A stretch of 64,000 nt of DNA from an uncultured Gammaproteobacteria bacterium (GTDB taxonomy: Bacteria > Patescibacteriota > Microgenomatia > JAUYPR01): assembly GCA_964372495.1 (NCBI GenBank), contig CAYJQU010000002.1, forward strand, positions 25,040-89,039, read 5' to 3'. Below, piece after piece: positions 61,119-64,000 of the stretch. The position numbers and the translations under genes are program-made. The notes beneath the pieces are model-generated. The model ran no database searches. It saw only the letters and a program-made list of their open reading frames with translations, and was not told the origin of the DNA. Position 1 is the first letter of the stretch; each line of letters begins with the position of its first letter.

Positions 61119-61150
61119 CAAAGAAAAAAGCTTCCTCAATTGGAAGCTTT
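61119..61150 (-). terminator. Rho-independent terminator (AAAGCUUCC-AAUUGA-GGAAGCUUU then UUUUUCUUU), ending 16 nt upstream of the fusA AUG
   Basis: Read on the minus strand: a perfect 9-bp stem, a 6-nt loop and a U-tract. Confidence 0.6.
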
Positions 61151-61225
61151 CCGTGGGAATTCCACTTCTTTCTTCGCCTGATAGGTATTGTAACCTACGG
61201 GCTATCAGATGTCAAAAGCAATGGA

Positions 61226-62404
61226 CTAGGAGCATGCAAGTGAATCAGATACACACCGATCTGGGTCGGCAATATACACCCACCAATTGGGCACTTTCTT
61301 CCCATCAGTACCCATCAAGGTATTCCCAGCTCCAGGCATATTCTGCATCCACCATTGTAAATATCCATCTGTGGTACATTTCCATGCCGTGCAGTTAAGA
61401 TTTTCTTTTTGCCCTGATCTATCCGGCTTCCAGTTCCTGCAGTCGCTTTGAAAGTACGCCGTATTGATTCTGTCATATTCGGCGCTGGCATTTGGAGGGT
61501 TATGGGCATTCCCACATGACGTGCCCCTCCCCCATGACCTCTGATTTTGCGATTCATTTTCCCCCGACCAGCTCGACCACTCCGGTCGAAATCGTCTGAA
61601 AACTGCTTCCAAGTGATGGCTATACGACTCAAGTGCTTCGGCGAGGCCCCTGGTATAATTTAAGCCGTAGACTACTATTGTCTTATCGGGACAATACGGA
61701 AGCTGAGCACCATTTGTCGGTATTCCCCCGGAACCGGTAATCGCAGATTCCCACATACCGCCTGCGTACTCCCCTAGTCCATCTGCCCATAGAATGACAG
61801 CTTTTATATCTTTCTGTTTTGCCACATTACACAGATCGTACTTGCTAAATAATGCCCCGTAGTCGTATTTTCCTGATATTGTTGGCGGTGGGTTGTTCTC
61901 TGTTTTTATATCTTCGCTGCTTAGTGTGTACCGGAGGGATGCCTGAGCGTTCGCATTTGAGTAGCCGTGGTATCTACTAGCTTCATTCAGCGCAGGGAGT
62001 AAGGTGTTCTTCGTATATGCGGCCGGGTCACCTATTTCGGTGACGTACGTTGTGTTTGGATAATAGGCAAGCATCCACACTTTCACCTCGCGAGTTACTC
62101 CTGTGGGCGCAGGTGTTTGTTGGGGTGAAGGAATGGGACTGACCACAGAGGCTGGAGTAGAGCGTGGAATCGGGATTGGTGTTGGAGAGGGACGGACTGG
62201 TACATTTGTAGGAGAAGCACTTGGAATCGGAGTTGGACTCGGCACGGGAGTTGGATTAGATAGTGGCGACGCTGAGGGAGCGGGATTCGGCGAGGATGTT
62301 TGAGGTTGGGAATTTCTCTTGGTAAGAGAAAATGTTATCCCTGCTACTAGCGCAACTGCCAAGATAGCCACTAGGACCCAGAATTGCGAAATCCCACGCT
62401 GCAT
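61226..62404 (-). CDS. Hypothetical membrane-anchored, Cys-rich extracellular protein inserted in the str operon
   Basis: N-terminal transmembrane helix (FWVLVAILAVALVAGITF), a PSPTP-rich linker, a roughly 280-aa globular domain and at least 8 Cys in the C-terminal 90 aa. No recognised domain. Confidence 0.55.
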   Translation of the reverse strand: MQRGISQFWVLVAILAVALVAGITFSLTKRNSQPQTSSPNPAPSASPLSNPTPVPSPTPIPSASPTNVPVRPSPTPIPIPRSTPASVVSPIPSPQQTPAPTGVTREVKVWMLAYYPNTTYVTEIGDPAAYTKNTLLPALNEASRYHGYSNANAQASLRYTLSSEDIKTENNPPPTISGKYDYGALFSKYDLCNVAKQKDIKAVILWADGLGEYAGGMWESAITGSGGIPTNGAQLPYCPDKTIVVYGLNYTRGLAEALESYSHHLEAVFRRFRPEWSSWSGENESQNQRSWGRGTSCGNAHNPPNASAEYDRINTAYFQSDCRNWKPDRSGQKENLNCTAWKCTTDGYLQWWMQNMPGAGNTLMGTDGKKVPNWWVYIADPDRCVSDSLACS

Positions 62405-62485
62405 ATACCTATCCTCACGGAAGTGGCAAACCATGTCAATAGCTCTTATCCGCTTAAATGATTTAAATGAACAGAATTAGGAAAT

Positions 62486-62965
62486 TTACCACCTGAAGTG
62501 AGCAAATGCGCGGTTGGCTTCAGCCATTCGGTGAGTGTCGTCCTTTTTCTTGATCGCGGCGCCAGTGCTTGCCGCCGCATCAATAAACTCTTGCGCAAGT
62601 TTCTGGCCCATCGTCTTGTACTCCTTATTCGGTCGCGCGGCAGCAGCCTTTATGAGCCAGCGGATTGCGAGCGCCTCCCGGCGATCCCCCCGAACCTCCA
62701 TTGGCACCTGATACGAAGCACCGCCGACTCGCCGAGGCCGTACTTCCATCCGCGGGGACACATTACGGATCGCTGTTTCAAACACAGGCAGGGGGTTACT
62801 CTCCTGCTTTTGTTCTATGCGCTTGAGCGCATCATAAAAAACTTTTTGCGCCACGGTCTTTTTTCCATCATGCATGAGCCGGTTTATAAACCGCGTCACC
62901 AGCGGACTCTCGTAGACTGGATCGGGAGTTAATGCTCGCTTGACGACAGTACGGGATCGTGCCAT
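62486..62965 (-). CDS. rpsG: 30S ribosomal protein S7
   Basis: MARSRTVVKRALTPDPVY matches the S7 N-terminus. Confidence 0.9.
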   Translation of the reverse strand: MARSRTVVKRALTPDPVYESPLVTRFINRLMHDGKKTVAQKVFYDALKRIEQKQESNPLPVFETAIRNVSPRMEVRPRRVGGASYQVPMEVRGDRREALAIRWLIKAAAARPNKEYKTMGQKLAQEFIDAAASTGAAIKKKDDTHRMAEANRAFAHFRW

Positions 62966-62972
62966 AGGATAT

Positions 62973-63407
62973 TTAAGAAGCGCGAGCGGCTTGGGGGCCT
63001 GTACTGCGCTTGGTGCCATATAAACTTCTCCCCTGCCGGCGTCCTTTGACTCCAGAAGCATCGAGTTTCCCGCGCACAATGTGATACTTTACTCCTGGTA
63101 AATCCTTCACCCTGCCACCTCGAACCAACACAATACTGTGCTCGGCAAGCTCATGGCCGATACCTGGGATATACGCGGTGATCTCCTGCCTATTTGAAAG
63201 GCGTACGCGGGCAACTTTACGCAAGGCCGAGTTTGGTTTCCTCGGCGTCATTGTCTTTACTATCGTACACACGCCCCTTTTCTGCGGCGCAGGAGCCGTG
63301 CTGACTACACGAGCACGCGCATTAAACAGTTTGCGCAATGCGGTCGCCCGCACTTTCTTTGGTTTCGTGTCTCTTCCTTTTCGAATCAGTTGATTAATAG
63401 TTGGCAT
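62973..63407 (-). CDS. rpsL: 30S ribosomal protein S12
   Basis: [12 protein letters not shown]...PNSALRK matches S12. Confidence 0.9.
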   Translation of the reverse strand: MPTINQLIRKGRDTKPKKVRATALRKLFNARARVVSTAPAPQKRGVCTIVKTMTPRKPNSALRKVARVRLSNRQEITAYIPGIGHELAEHSIVLVRGGRVKDLPGVKYHIVRGKLDASGVKGRRQGRSLYGTKRSTGPQAARAS

Positions 63408-63440
63408 ACGTACCTATTATACCACAAAAAAACCAAAACT

Positions 63441-64000
63441 TTACTCGGTCATAGCCGCACGCTCCGGAGTGACTGGTATGAGTCGACCAATAATGACGTT
63501 CTCCTTAAGACCGAGCAGCCTATCGACCTTCCCCAGCACCGCAGCTTCGGTGAGCACGTTCGTTGTCTCCTGGAACGAAGCGGCGGATAGGAACGATTGG
63601 GTATAGAGTGCAGCCCTCGTTACCCCCAGCACGGTCACTTCTGCGGTCGCAGGCTCGCCGCCGGCTGCCAGTATTTTGCCATTCTCTTCGTCAAATCGGA
63701 CACGATCGACGAGTTCCCCAGGAAGCAGGGCAGTATCGCCTGCGGTGGTGACACGCACTTTGTCGCACATCTTGCGCACGATAACCTCAAAGTGCTTGTC
63801 CGATATTGTCACGCCCTGGGATTCATACACCTCTTGTGCGCCGTCGACAATATAGCGCTGCGCGGCACGTAGACCTTGTATCCGGAGCAGTTCTTTAACA
63901 TCCAAGGGCCCCGCAGCAAGCGCAGTTCCCGGGCTTACCAAATCGCCGTTTGCCACAGTAAGCTCCAGGGTCGCCGGAATAATATACGTGCGCTCGGCCG
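63441..64000 (-). CDS. rpoC: DNA-directed RNA polymerase subunit beta' (C-terminal fragment; 5' part lies beyond the window)
   Basis: The ORF is open to the window edge. Its C-terminal beta' sequence is followed 33 nt later by rpsL. Confidence 0.8.
   Translation of the reverse strand, partial: AERTYIIPATLELTVANGDLVSPGTALAAGPLDVKELLRIQGLRAAQRYIVDGAQEVYESQGVTISDKHFEVIVRKMCDKVRVTTAGDTALLPGELVDRVRFDEENGKILAAGGEPATAEVTVLGVTRAALYTQSFLSAASFQETTNVLTEAAVLGKVDRLLGLKENVIIGRLIPVTPERAAMTE

Noticed and set aside
1-64000. CRISPR arrays, cas genes, integrases/transposases, rRNA genes, tmRNA/SRP RNA
   Set aside because: I scanned by eye for regular spaced direct repeats, RuvC/HNH-rich large ORFs, DDE/tyrosine recombinase motifs and conserved rRNA/tmRNA/SRP blocks and found none. 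The only structured RNAs supported are rnpB, tRNA-Gln and the tRNA-like element.

Overview
The window looks like 64 kb of conserved core chromosome from a moderately high-GC bacterium (about 55-60 percent GC by eye). Its right half (41.3-64.0 kb) is one uninterrupted minus-strand ribosomal super-operon, listed gene by gene below. The left half holds housekeeping genes (gltX, aspS, recJ, cca, secDF, comM/yifB, zwf, rnpB, recA-recX-rny-hup), a cell-envelope gene cluster, and a roughly 1000-aa anchored surface protein. I found no rRNA genes, CRISPR arrays, integrases or transposases. Gene content places it nearest Terrabacteria/CPR-like lineages: rpmD (L30) is absent between rpsE and rplO, AspRS is the archaeal type, and tRNA-Gln sits beside gltX. 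This placement is inference only. The most accessory-looking spots, each of which I cannot assign a function to from sequence alone, are: (1) an AT-rich islet around tRNA-Gln with an ATGA-coupled acidic/basic small-ORF pair and a 405-aa orphan gene. (2) A 28-30 bp perfect-palindrome repeat family with one copy placed in-frame inside a YfhO-like membrane gene. (3) A Cys-rich anchored extracellular protein plus its own terminator inserted between rpsG and fusA. (4) Two tandem promoter-hairpin-smallORF modules. (5) A tRNA-like element with a non-canonical T-loop. (6) A 385-nt non-coding spacer inside the S10 operon.
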